Shown here: piece by piece, positions 1 to 11,577 of the stretch
How positions within the stretch are numbered: the first letter of the stretch is position 1
Layout of the letters: each line of letters starts with the position of its first letter
NCBI RefSeq assembly: GCF_009914755.1
Contig: NC_060925.1
Direction: 5' to 3' (one strand)
DNA length: 64,000 nucleotides
Source: the human T2T-CHM13v2.0 reference genome, Homo sapiens
Made by a program: the position numbers and the translations under genes
The notes under the pieces: generated by a model
The model's input: the letters and a program-made list of their open reading frames with translations, nothing else
What the model was told of the DNA's origin: nothing
Database searches by the model: none

Positions 1-1214
1 ACTTTGAAATTGTTTTATGAGACCAGTATAACATTGATACAAGAATCAGTTAAAAGTTGCAGATTCTAATATTGGACAAAAAATGATATTTAACAATATG
101 CTGTCTGGACGCAGACAAACTTTCAGCTCTCTGGCAGCCTAACTAGGGCACTTTCCCTTGCTCCCATAAGGAGATGACATTTATTTGGCTTAGAAATGTA
201 AAGTCCTGCCATGACTCCAGGTTATTATAATTCCTCAGGATCACAAGTTTCTACACATCTTTCTGAACAGGCTCTAGGCATCACCATTCCCTCTGAGATA
301 AATCCTCGGACACAAAAGTGGAACTGAAGCTTCTAGACCTGTAAGAGATGACCCGACCTCTTTAGGTGTCTCTTTTGGAAAAGGAAAGAGTTCAGAGAAG
401 GTAGAGCCAAGGTTTCCATCTTAACCATAATAATTCATTAATGCTGAGTGAACTCACCAAGAATCCCTGGGACATGCCCAGAGGATCTTGAGCCAGAATC
501 ATCTCCCACCTCATGCTCTAAGGATCCACTGCAGATACTCTCATATGGGGACTTAACTCTTCAGTTTTTCTTCTTTTACTGTGCTATACTAGATAGATAA
601 AAAACAAATATCCTTTCGGGCTCAGAGTTTAATATGCTATAAAAGAATGTTGTGGAAAAAAGTGAATAGGTTTTGGGAAAACAGGGGCATCTCCTTTTGA
701 GGAACACTGGAAAAAGTTGTAGACAGAAGGATTACCCTGATTAAAAAATGAAGAGACAGGGAGAAAGTGAGAAAGTTACCACAGGGGTGCCAAAAAGCCA
801 GTGGGCTCATCTTGGTAAAGTTGCCCAGAAGGAGAGAGGACCCATGTGAGTGTCCTGGCTAAGATCCTTGGGGTTCTTAGAAAGTTGTACCAAGCAGTCT
901 CTTATATTTTCTGCACCCAATACCTACATCTTCTGCTCTGTCCTTGTTGAGCAACTCTCACAGATCCCCTGTGTGCTCACTGCTCACTGTCTCCTCCCTA
1001 CTCCATTAGACCAGGACTTTTAAAACTGTAAATAAGTGTTCAATGGGATTGTTGTAGGGAAGTATCCTTGGGCTTGTTCTTAAGGAGTGATGAAATAAAA
1101 CAGATACTCTCCGATCTGGAAAAGTAGTTGCAGAAAGTCTTATTATCTTCTCATTTTTTTGGTACGCTTACTAAGTAGTTATAATCACTGCATTCATAAT
1201 GACCTTTACCACTG

Positions 1215-1495
1215 GAGAATTCCTTTTCATTCTTGAGGACTCAGCTGAAATGTTATCTCCTCTGAGAAGCTTTTCTTAATTCTCTCAGGCAGGATTTTTA
1301 ACTTACCTCTTAGTGTTCCTGTAGTCCTTTTTGTTTGGCTCCATTACAGATTTTGTCATGTTATTTTGTAATTATTTGTAAATTTTGTTTGGCTATCTGT
1401 ATCCAACTTGAGAACATCTCTTATTTGTATTTTGTATCCCCATAAATGGTACTTGACATATAATAGAATCTTAAAAACTGTTGTAGAATAAATTC
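1215..1495 (+). mobile_element. L2 LINE 3' end fragment
   Basis: Degenerate L2 3' motifs: 'ctcagctgaaatgttatctcctctgagaagcttttc' and 'tttgtatccc...tggtacttgacatataatag'. Boundaries approximate. Confidence 0.55.
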
Positions 1496-1507
1496 ATCCA
1501 TGAAGAG

Positions 1508-1666
1508 CAGGGCTGGCTTCACAATTTGAAAATTCCAGTGCAAAATGAAAATGTGGGGCCCTTGTTCAGTAATTGTTAAGGATTTCAAGTTAGCAACCAT
1601 AGAGCATTAAATTGAGCTTGAGGTCCCCCTAATGCAGGGCTTTGTATGTTCATGAAGCTGGCTCTG
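1508..1666 (-). mobile_element. MER45A-like hAT-Tip100 MITE
   Basis: TIRs cagggctggcttca / tgaagctggctctg; internal 'ccagtgcaaaatgaaaatgtggggcccttgttca' matches the recalled MER45A reverse complement. Confidence 0.7.
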
Positions 1667-2323
1667 ATCACAGGTCAGTCTTGGATTCCACAAAATGTGC
1701 AGTGTGATGTAAATTCTACCATATTTTACTGGCTGAGCTGTAGAATTGATACTACTCAATAACATTTAATTTGCTATGTAAGTGGTCATTATAGCAGAAC
1801 ATTATAAAGAATGGGTCTGTGAAATTTATTGTATACACATACACACATACATGTTGAATATTTCTTATCTGAAATGCTTGGGACCAGAAGTGTTTTGGAT
1901 TTCGGATTTTTTTTTTTCAGATTTTGGAATGTTTGAAAATACATGATGAGATATCTTGTGACCAGAACCCAAGTATAAACACAAAATGTATTTGTTTTGT
2001 GTATACCTTATACACATAACCTGAAGGTAATTTTATACAATATTATAAATAGTTTCACGTATGAGACGAAGTTTGTGTACATTTAACCATCATTAAGTAA
2101 AGATGTCACTATTTCAGCCACCCATGAGGACAATCTGTGGTTGTCTGACATCAACATTATTCCTGACTCTGAATTTATATGGTACAAGTCCTTCAAAATC
2201 ATCACCTTGTTCATCATTATCACCGAACACAGTCTCAGGCCAGAGGTTGTATCAGACATGCACAAGAGTGTCTTTCGTCACTGTGTTCCAATAATTGGCA
2301 ATAGCATATAAGACATCCTTCAT

Positions 2324-2635
2324 GACTGGGCATCATGGCCTATGCTTGTAATCCTAGCACTTCGGGAGGCCGAGGTGGGTAGATGGCTTTAGCCCAGGAG
2401 TTCTAGACCAGACTGGGAAACATGGTGAAACCCTGTCTCTACAAAAAGAATACAAAAATTAGCCTGGCATGTTGACAATTGCCTTTAGCTCCAACTGCTT
2501 GGGAGACTGAGGTTGGAGGATCACCTTAACCCCAGATAAGTTGAGGCTGCAGTGACCCATGATCACACTATTGCACTCCAGCCTGTGCGACAGAGTGAGA
2601 CCCTGTCTAAAAAGAAAAAAAAAAAAAAAGAAAGA
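2324..2635 (+). mobile_element. Alu (AluJ-like) inserted in Tigger4
   Basis: Dimeric Alu with 'gcccaggagttctagacc', A-rich linker, 'gttgaggctgcagtgacc' and poly(A) tail. Confidence 0.9.
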
Positions 2636-2760
2636 AACCTTCCACATGTACGCCTCTGTTCACTGCTGCTAGCATGAACAAGAAAGTGTTCAAGAAAGTG
2701 TTTTTATGATTATACTTCACTGATTTAAGGAAACCATGATACACAGATGAATTAATAAAG

Positions 2761-3804
2761 TCATATTTGAGATAAAATACATGACATAAACATTATATTA
2801 TTTTCTATTAGAATTTCAGCTGGAGGATGAGCAGAACAGTTGCCAAGCAATAGCAAAATCTTGCAATCATCATGCAGTCCAGCTTCCCTGCAGTAAGCAT
2901 GAGCCACTGGTACAAAATACTTGTGAATCCAATCAGATAAGATGTTCCTGGTGATCCATACCTTTGTGTTAGAATAATAATGGAATGAAAAGAAATTCAC
3001 TCCTTGAAAACAGTGGGGACCCAAGCTTTTGTCTATCACAGCAAGTTTACACCTATACATGTCTGCTGCATTAGGACATCCCAGTACAGCCATTCTGTCC
3101 TTTTCACCTTTAGTTCCTCTAGGGGCTGTTCCATATGCTGTAGTCAGTGCCCTTCTAGGGCAACAATGACAAAACAGTGATGTTTAATCAGCTTTGTAAC
3201 TTGTTCTGGTGTCAGATTTTCATCAGCAATGATCTTGGCAAACTCATCAATGAATCTCTCTGCCGCTTCATAATCTGCAGATGCTTTGTTACCACAAATC
3301 TTTAAAAACTTAAACCATGCCTTTTCTTAAATTTCTGCAATCAGCCTGTTTAATATTTGTGGTTCCCTTTAATTTTCAGTTTACCATGCTAGATCTTTGC
3401 TTGTTTCATGATCAGTGTCACCATTAAGTGGCATGGCATGTATTCACCATGATGCTGATGGATCCACCTTTTAGTACACAATCAAGATCTTCATTTTAGC
3501 TTTATGTGGTGTTTTTCTATTTTTAAAAATTAACTTTTGTTTATCACTTTCAGCATAGTGAAACTTTCTCTTTAGTTTAACCTTCTCTTTACTTCAGGTA
3601 ATATATGGAGGTCATTTCAACACCATGCTCTTCTGTAAGATGTTTCACACTTACACTGCTGTCCGGTTTGTCCAACCGCTTGACTTTCTGTGCTACAGAT
3701 AAACATAAACATAAATGCTGCTTCTTTTTCTTATCACTATTACTGATAGCTGTATCTGTAGAATGTTTTGACATTTTCCACAATATATTTATACCAGATG
3801 GCAT
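2761..3804 (-). pseudogene. Decayed pogo/Jerky-like transposase of Tigger4
   Basis: ORF 3589-3804 resembles a CENP-B/Jerky N-terminal HTH (KKKQHLCLCLSVAQKVK...EEHGVEMTSIYYLK). ORF 2761-3093 resembles the DDE_1 domain (YYSNTKVWIT...KILLLLGNCSAHP). Broken by stops and frameshifts. Confidence 0.75.
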
Positions 3805-4349
3805 ACGAATAAGACCTATATACAGTTAGTAATGTTCATAGGTCTTGGTCCATTTGGGAAATCATGGAGAACTTGCAGCATGTCCAGCCTCCATGCATAT
3901 CATTTTATTACTCTTTGTGTTCCTGCTTGTGTGAGGGATTCTGGGCATGTATGGAAAATATATATAACAGCTGAAGGGGCTGGAAGAGTATATTTTTCCT
4001 TGGAGACACAGAATAAACTATGCTGTGTGCTTGTGTTTTGACTATGATCCATCACATGAGGTCAACTATAAAATTTTCCCTTTGTGGCATTATGTTAGTG
4101 CTCAGAAAATGTCAGATTTTGGAGTAGCTTGGATTTTTGGATTAGTAATGCTTAACTTTTACAAACACATGCGTACAAATGTTGACTATGTTTTGAATGC
4201 AATATATTCCATATATTGTACCAAGGTTGTTGATTATATTAAATGTATATATGTCCTTTATTATTATTAGGAAAATTTTACTTTTAGTATAGGGATAAAG
4301 AAGAGTTGCACTTTCTTCTGAGTTACAGGAACTATCAATGAGGCTATAT

Positions 4350-4720
4350 ATTTATTCATTCTTTTGTTCAACAACTATTTATTGACTACATACTAGGTGA
4401 GAGACACTTGGCTCGATGTTAGGGATACAGTTGTAAACAAGACATGAACCATCCTCTAACAGGGATTGTGTCTAATGGGAAAGACAGACCTTAAAAAGTA
4501 TTCAGTAAATTGCAACTGCTGCAAAAACTATACAAGATTGTATAACATGTGGTTCTGAGCTTGTCTAGGGTATAAGGAAGTCTTCCCTGAGGAAATAACA
4601 TTTAAGCTGAGACCTGAGATGAACAAGAGATGAACAAGAGTAGATCAGAGGTGGATAAGAAGCATTGAAGTGGATAAAAGCAGCACAGAAGGAATCAGTG
4701 CAGTAGAAATGAAAGGTAAA
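4350..4720 (-). mobile_element. L2 3' fragment
   Basis: 'ttcaacaactatttattgactacatactaggtg...gggatacagttgtaaacaagaca' and 'ggaagtcttccctgaggaaataacatttaagctgagacctg'. Confidence 0.7.
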
Positions 4721-5008
4721 AAGACCTGAGGTTCACATTAAAGTATGTAGAAAGCAGAAACAACATGGGGACTAGAATCCTTCAGAAGAAAATAGGAGGT
4801 GATGTGAAGGAGTAATGATATTAAATGTGATCCTGGAGTCATAATAGAATTTTGGGAAGTAGAGCAGACATAGACATTGAAAGGGTCTATGAGAGGCCTT
4901 AGAAGCAGATGCTATGCTTCTTGAATACCAAAATGTCCTAAGAAGAAACTGGAGATGTGGGAAGAACATAAAAACAATATTGGAAAAAGCATTGAGGCTC
5001 ACCATTGC

Positions 5009-5495
5009 TGTATTATTTTCCTGTTTTGCTGTAATAAATTACTACCAATGTAATGGCTTAAAAACAAGGCGAATTTATTATCTTACAGTTCTGGAGGTCA
5101 GACATCTGAAATGGGTCTTGCAGGGCTAAAGTAAAAATGTTGGCAGGGCTGATTCCTTCTGGAGGCTTTAGAGGAAAATCTGCTTCTTTGTTTTTTTCCA
5201 GCTTCTAGAGCTTCCTGCATTTTTTGGCTCCTGGCCCTTGGCCAGCAACTACTGGACTCTGACCTCTGCTTCCGTCATCATGTCTCTTCTGACTCTCCTG
5301 CTTCTTTCACTTACAAGCATCATTATGTGACTACATCAGGTCCGCCTGGCTAATCCAGGTTGATCTCGCATCTCAAGATCCTTAACTTAATCATATTTTC
5401 AACGTTCCTTTTGCCATGAAAGGTAACATATTCATGGGTTCTAGGGATTAGGACATTTCTGAGGATAGGGGGAGTGTATTATTCTGCCTTCCAGA
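5009..5495 (-). mobile_element. MLT1 (MLT1C/D-like) MaLR solo LTR
   Basis: 'atttattatcttacagttctggaggtcaga', 'cagggctgattccttctggaggct', 'atctcaagatccttaacttaatca'. Confidence 0.8.
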
Positions 5496-5659
5496 ATTTC
5501 TCAGCAGGATTCAGATGTTTATCTTTTTTTTAAAGTAAAGCCAGTGTAATTGGATTTATATATAGAGTATTCTGCCATATCTCAGAAAGAAGATAGAGCA
5601 AGCTTGAAATTATATCACAAAATATTTACTTAAGACAAGAAATAAATACTTCTTCACCT

Positions 5660-6400
5660 TTAGAGACCAAGAATCTTGGGCTAAAATCCTAGCTGTATCC
5701 TTTGTCACCTATATTGCCCCAGCATATTATTAAATCTCCCTGAATTTCAGTTTCTGGATATGATAATGAGAATAATACTATGATGTAATGCCTAAAATTA
5801 AGATTTAACATTATGCGATGCCTTGACATCTGGTGAAATTAGAAGGGCCTCAAATATATTAATTCCAAGTTCCCCTCCCCACTCTGCTCCATGGATAAGG
5901 CCCTCTAGCCAAACAACTTTCCTTATCAAATAGATATTTGAGATCTCATTTCTGCTACCTTTGTGGGTTGCAGTTCCTTGCCAGCTTGCATAATTATTCA
6001 AAGAAGTCAATCGCATCCTTCATAGGAACCAGGGGTACCTCATCCTCTTGTTACTCCAAAGCTTGCCTGCCATAGCACTTGGCTGTTCACTCTGTTCCTG
6101 AGTGCAACCCCCATGTAATCCTGTACAGCATGTGACTCCCTTCTCCACTGGGCTGAGGGTATGTGTGACTAATAACCTGCTGTCTCTCTGTCTCATCTTT
6201 TCAGTTTCTGGTTTTGTGTGTTCAGCCATCCTCATAACCCTAGGGTGGGAATCTCTTCCTCACCAAAAGAGTAAATAAGATGCTTAAAATAAATATCAAT
6301 TTCATAGCATTTTTATGGGATTAATTTTTTTTAAATGTTATGCTCTCAGAAAACTTGCAAAGTCCTGCTATGTAGGAAACTCTCAACAATTGGGAGCCAT
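5660..6400 (+). mobile_element. MIR split by an LTR insertion (pieces about 5660-5780 and 6290-6400)
   Basis: The 5' MIR core 'aatcctagctg...ctccctgaatttcagtttc...aatgagaataata' resumes after the LTR as 'ttcatagcatttttatgggattaa...aaactctcaacaattg'. Confidence 0.5.
5781..6290 (+). mobile_element. ERV1-class solo LTR (MER67-like, family tentative)
   Basis: 'aaaattaagatttaacattatgcgatgccttgacatctggtgaaa...ttcccctccccactctgctccatggataagg' followed by an LTR-type 'gactaataacctgctg' R/U5 region. Confidence 0.5.
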
Positions 6401-6785
6401 TGTTGGGGTTCAGAAAATGATACTCCCAAAGTCAAGGGCTCGGAAGCAGCCTCAGAAGCAAAGTTTTTCTCTGATCTTCTCCTGACCTCCTGTTTCTCAC
6501 TCCTCATTCTCCCCAGTGGCAAAATAGAAACTAGAATCCCTCTTCCCCAAAGTGGGTCAAAGAAACAGAAATCTCTTTCCTCAAAGCCAGCCATAAAACC
6601 TAAAATTACCACTCTAACTTTCCCTTGCCTTTCTGAGTAGAACTGGCCATAAAGAAATTCTCTAACCTACCTTGTTTGATTGTAGGTCATAAGACCCTCA
6701 TTCCAGAAAGGATCCTGCACTATACCCAGAAGGAAGGAATGCTGCACAGAGAGGCCAAGAAGAATCTTAACAGACAGCCTTTGCT
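6401..6785 (+). mobile_element. MER39-like ERV1 LTR, 3'-truncated
   Basis: Starts 'tgttggggttcagaaaatgatactcccaaa'; contains 'aagccagccataaaacctaaaa' and 'cagagaggccaagaagaatct'. Confidence 0.75.
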
Positions 6786-8128
6786 AAGGGAAATACAGGC
6801 TGGTTCTGAATCTAAGTGCTGCTCATGGACTAAAACTCAGAAAGTGAATTTCAAAGCATTCATTAAACCCAAAAGGACATGGCAAACATTGAAGGAAAAT
6901 CTGTTACTAGGATGTTTATGAAAACATTTTCTTAAGCACCTGACGCAACTGGCAAAGAAATTGTTCATGGTTATAGAGTACCTGGCAGAGCCTTCCAGAG
7001 TGAAAAATGAATAAGGATAGCTCTAGTTTCTGCTTGCAATTGTGTGCTGATCAGCACACTCTCTTTTACGTTCTGTTTCATTTATGCAGGAGCTCTCGGC
7101 AGAATATTTCCATCAAGTTTTCTGTGCTGCAAACCTGCTTTCCTTTTAGAGTACAGAGAGAATCCAGCTTGTTCTTTAAGTTTCTCAGCATAGATAGTCT
7201 CCAGTTTTCATTTTTTTCTCCTCAGACCACATTTGACAAAAGCCAAATGTGAGCTGAGGTAATCTGTGGTGGCGGCCTTTTCAGATTTATTTAGATGGAG
7301 AAATGCGACCAAATGGCAGATGTACAGAGCGTATATTGAACAAAATCTGCTTTTTCTACAACAAATGTAGTTGGCTATCTTTGCATATTGAGATAAGGAA
7401 AACCGTTCCTCAGAAAAATTTTAGGGGTCCTGGGACCAGAGTCAGCAAACACTTAGATGCTTTTCTCATTACCCTTTATAGCAGTATTTTGCCATTTTTT
7501 GAACTCCAATAACCGAAGAAGGTATGACGTGAACTGCTAGGCTCAGAAGATCACCTTAAACAAAGACCCAGCATGAGTTAATGAATGAAACAGATTAAAA
7601 TAACAATAATATTGACACTGTCCCAAAGTTTCTACTAAACTCTGCTCCCATATATCCAACTGCCAACCAACTGCCAGTGGGTTATCTCCTCATGGAGTAT
7701 TCATCTGCCTCCTGAGAGGCATTTTAATGATTCTGGGAACTTCAAGAATATATAAAACTGAACTCCTCCAGACTGCTTTTCCGTTGAAGCCTGACTCCTG
7801 GACTTCTCAATTTACATCATGTTTCTGCCCCCTCTCTACCCCTTTCTACCCCGACACATTTAAAAAAATCATAATTATCTATTTTGTTCTACCCTCAATC
7901 ATTTTTACACATCCATCTCCATCTATTTACACTTGTTCTACCCCAGACCATGTCTCCATTCATCCATTCACTCTTTTCTGGAATAACATAAGTGTCTTCC
8001 AGCTGAAATCCCTCCCTTCAGGCTTGCTCGTTTATGATCTATATTTGAAACTAAAGCAAGAGTGATTGTTCTAGAATTTGATTCATGCTCCTCTTTGATT
8101 TAAAATCTTCTTTTTTTTGTTTCCCACT

Positions 8129-8555
8129 TGTAATAGTCTGCTTTTGCATTGCTGTAAAGGAATACCTGAGACTGGGTAATTTATGAAGAAAAGCGGTTTA
8201 AGTACCTCACAGTTCCACAGGCTATACAGAAGGCATGGTGTCAGCATCTGGTTGGCTTTTGTTGAGACCTCAGGAAGCTTTCAGTGATGGTGGAAGGCAA
8301 AAGAGGAGCCAATATGTCATACGGTGAGAGTGGGAGCAAGAGAGAAGAGGGGAAGGTGCCACACTCTTTTAAACAATCAGATCTTGCATGAACTTAGAGC
8401 GAGAACTCACGTATTATCATCAGGATGGCACCAAGCCATTCAAGAGGGATCTACCTCTGGGATCCAAACACCTCCCACCAGGACCCACTTTCAACATTGG
8501 AGATTACAATTCAACATTAGATATGGAGGGGACAAATATCCAAACCATATTATCA
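8129..8555 (-). mobile_element. MST (MSTA/MSTB-like) MaLR solo LTR
   Basis: 'gaatacctgagactgggtaatttatgaagaaaag' ... 'ccaaacacctcccaccagg' ... 'atatccaaaccatat'. Confidence 0.85.
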
Positions 8556-9039
8556 TTGCTTTACAACAAAGTCTGAATTCTTTAAGAAATTCGTATTTTC
8601 TATTTTAGCCTGTTTTTTTCACATATTGTGTTGAAGCTGCCAATCCCTTATAAACACAACTTCTTTCACATTCTGAAATAAGCATTACCTTCATTCAACT
8701 GTTTTCTCTGCCTGGAACAATTTTTCCTGCCCTAGCAGGCCAGGCCAACTTTACTTGTATTTTAGGTAACTTATCTTGCCTCTTGCTAGACCAATGCAGG
8801 GACCTCACAAAGCTCACTGTAATCTTGTTATTAGAGCATGAACGTGATTTATTAGAATTGTTTGTTTACTTGTCCCACATTAGACCCTAAGGTCTAAAAA
8901 GGTCTAACAGGGTATCCACAAGGGTAGGTGCCAAATATGTTTGGTTCCCTATTTCATCTTTAGCTCACCTACATTCTAACCCAGTTTGAGTGTCGAAGAA
9001 TAGGCTCTTAAAAAATACTTGATGGATGAGTTTCAGTCT

Positions 9040-9210
9040 ATGTGTTGGCATGGTGCTAATTATTCACATACATTATCTTACTTAATGTTTATAACAAATT
9101 TGTGAAATAGGTATTATGCAGATCAGAAATATGAGCCTCAGAGAAGGAAGAACTTGCCTAAATTCACAGAATAAGATCAGTGGTGAGGCTGGAATAAAAA
9201 ATCAGATTTC
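9040..9210 (-). mobile_element. MIR fragment
   Basis: 'cattatcttacttaatgtttataacaa...gaaataggtattat...cagagaaggaagaacttgcctaaattcacag'. Confidence 0.6.
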
Positions 9211-10550
9211 AAGCTTTCCTCTTAAGCCTACACAATAAGAGAAGGAGATTGGTTTCATGAGTGAAGAATACTGGTTGGAGATAACAGAGAGGCTGGTAAA
9301 TAAAGAGTAAAGTTCAGTACCATGGGCTACTGAACTAGTGAGGAGACAACAGTGGAGAGTAAGAGGGAGAAGAGTCTTTCATGTTCTCTCCTTAGTTCCT
9401 TGAATGCTCAGTCAGGCCATTAGCTGGGAAGGCAGGCATCCTCTTAGTATCCAAATGTTAGCACTATCCCTGCTGCCTCTTCACTTCCCCAGTTATTTAA
9501 GAAGAAAGGTGGATAGGGAGACCAAGATCTTAATCCTTGTCCACTAGAGCTGATTCAAGTGAACTTTAAAAGATGAGTTACCTGTTATTTCCTTAATACC
9601 ATATTTCTATCTCCTTGTTGGGCCAGTAGAGTAAAAACTAGTTTAATTAATTACTGTCTTTGCCCTCATGTGCTTTAAAAGTGTAATTGAGGAAATTATT
9701 TATATTAAAAGAGTTTATTTACTAGTGTGCTATGTAGGCCTGTAAGATGTTTTATTCACACAATGTTTCTTTTGTGTTGCAATATTGATAATTACCAGGG
9801 TAGTACTATGTGTTTGGCCAATGTGGCCCAGAATTTACTGCTTCAATTCTGTGCCACATATAAGGTTCCAGGGGGGCTTTATACAGCAAATTTTCTTACT
9901 TTTCATTTTTCTAACATCGGCTTCTATTTCATGATATTTTTAAATTTCTGCAAATTTCACAGACAGAAAATGATTAAAAGAGAGAACATTGTCAAAATTA
10001 AAGCTGTCTTTTAGTGATTTGACTCATTGAAAATGGAGAACAAAGCAGTTTAAATGAAGAATTTTAGAATAAATCACCGTTAACCATACATGACATGTTG
10101 TACACCAACTAAGTTCTGATGCACAGTTAGTTACCTAATTAGGTTTAAAATTCATTTAAATAGATGGCTTCTATCCCTGGCCCACCCACTTATGTTTATT
10201 ATTCCCATTTAAACACTGAGTACAAGTTAAGGCTCATATTACAGAGCTCTGTGGCCTGAAAAAATGCATGCTGAATGGAGAGACAAGTGCTCCATTTGGA
10301 TAATCAATGAGTCAGTGTCTGTTGAGACCCATATTTTCTGGTAAATTGTATTTACTTTGGCTAGTGTTGAATGGGAAAATATCTTTCAGTAGAAAATCTC
10401 AGACTATGGTTCTTGAAGACATATCAACCCTACTTTCTTTACATGGTAATTTGGTGAAACAGGAATGAATAGACAATACAGTCAAGAAAACCATTTCCTG
10501 TTGACGTATGTTTACTCCTTATGCCTATCAGGGTGCCATACACTATGTAA

Positions 10551-10725
10551 CGTATTTCATTAACAGTAAGACACACTTTTTCACATTTTTATTATCCTTG
10601 AAAGTGGAGTGTATCTTACAATCAACAGTGGTGTCATATTTACTTTCCTGAGTTTTTCTTTATAGTAGTACATAGAATAATGGTGTGTTTTACAATCAGT
10701 GGCAAGTTAGATTCAATGAAATGTA
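10551..10725 (+). mobile_element. MER104-like TcMar-Tc2 MITE
   Basis: TIRs 'cgtatttcatt' / 'aatgaaatg'; internal 'tcttacaatcaacagtggtgtcata' and 'aataatggtgtgttttacaatcagtggca'. Confidence 0.7.
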
Positions 10726-11164
10726 ATGTATTGCTCTTCTGGCAACTTTAAATGGAGTTTCTCAAGTTAACTCTTATATCTCAATAAGTTTACTTACTAG
10801 ACAAATATTTATTCTTTCATTTCAGTATATATAATTGACACTATTTTTTGATACTAAGAAAATAATGGAAGACACTGTTACTTCTCCCTAATAGCTAATA
10901 GTCAAGGAGGGAAAATAAATATATCAAATATATGATGAGGCAAAACATTGTGGTGAGTGCTGCACTCAAGAGTAAATACAAGGTGCAGCATGGAGTAATA
11001 GGAACTCAGCATATTTTGTCCAGTTGGCCTCTTTTGTACATTTATAATTCTATGAAATGTAATTGTCTATAATTTCCTTATTTGTGGTGACACTTCATAG
11101 AGTGTTTCTCTTCTTCTTTTTTTTTTTTTTTAAGGGGTGTAAGCATTCATTTACTAGACTGAAA

Positions 11165-11350
11165 CTCAAATTTTCGTGCATAAAGATCATTGGGACTGTT
11201 TATTAACAATGGAGATTACTATTGTCCTTGCCAAGAGATTCTGATTCAGTAGGTAGGGAACCAGGAATCTGCATTTCTAATAAGCTTCTCCTTACTCCAA
11301 ACAATTCTGATGTTTAATATGGTCTTAGGTCTACACTTTGGGATACACTG
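11165..11350. mobile_element. MER5 (hAT-Charlie) MITE
   Basis: 'agagattctgattcagtaggt...ccaggaatctgcatttctaataagct...cactttgggatacactg'. Confidence 0.7.
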
Positions 11351-11577
11351 TGCTGAACAGAGAAAGTTAACATGAGAACCAGTTATAATAATGAGAATTA
11401 ATATAAAATTTTACTTGTTATTATTTGTTTAAATATTCAAAATCTGATACATTTAAATGAGATGTTCCAATGACAATAAAAATTGTTCAGGAAAGGAAGC
11501 CTGTACTAAACAGATAAAAGATTTATCCTATTTGCTTACAGCAGTTTCTATCTGGCAACTAGGACATTGATCAATTA

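Larger units (their letters stand above)
1850..4159 (-). mobile_element. Tigger4 (Zombi) TcMar DNA transposon, near full length, decayed, interrupted by an Alu
   Basis: TA flanks at 1848-49 and 4160-61. Ends resemble MER46C/Tigger4 ('catgttgaatatttcttatctgaaatgcttgggaccagaagtgttttggatttcgg' ... 'ttttggattagtaatgcttaacttt'). Internal transposase remnants are on the minus strand. Confidence 0.85.
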
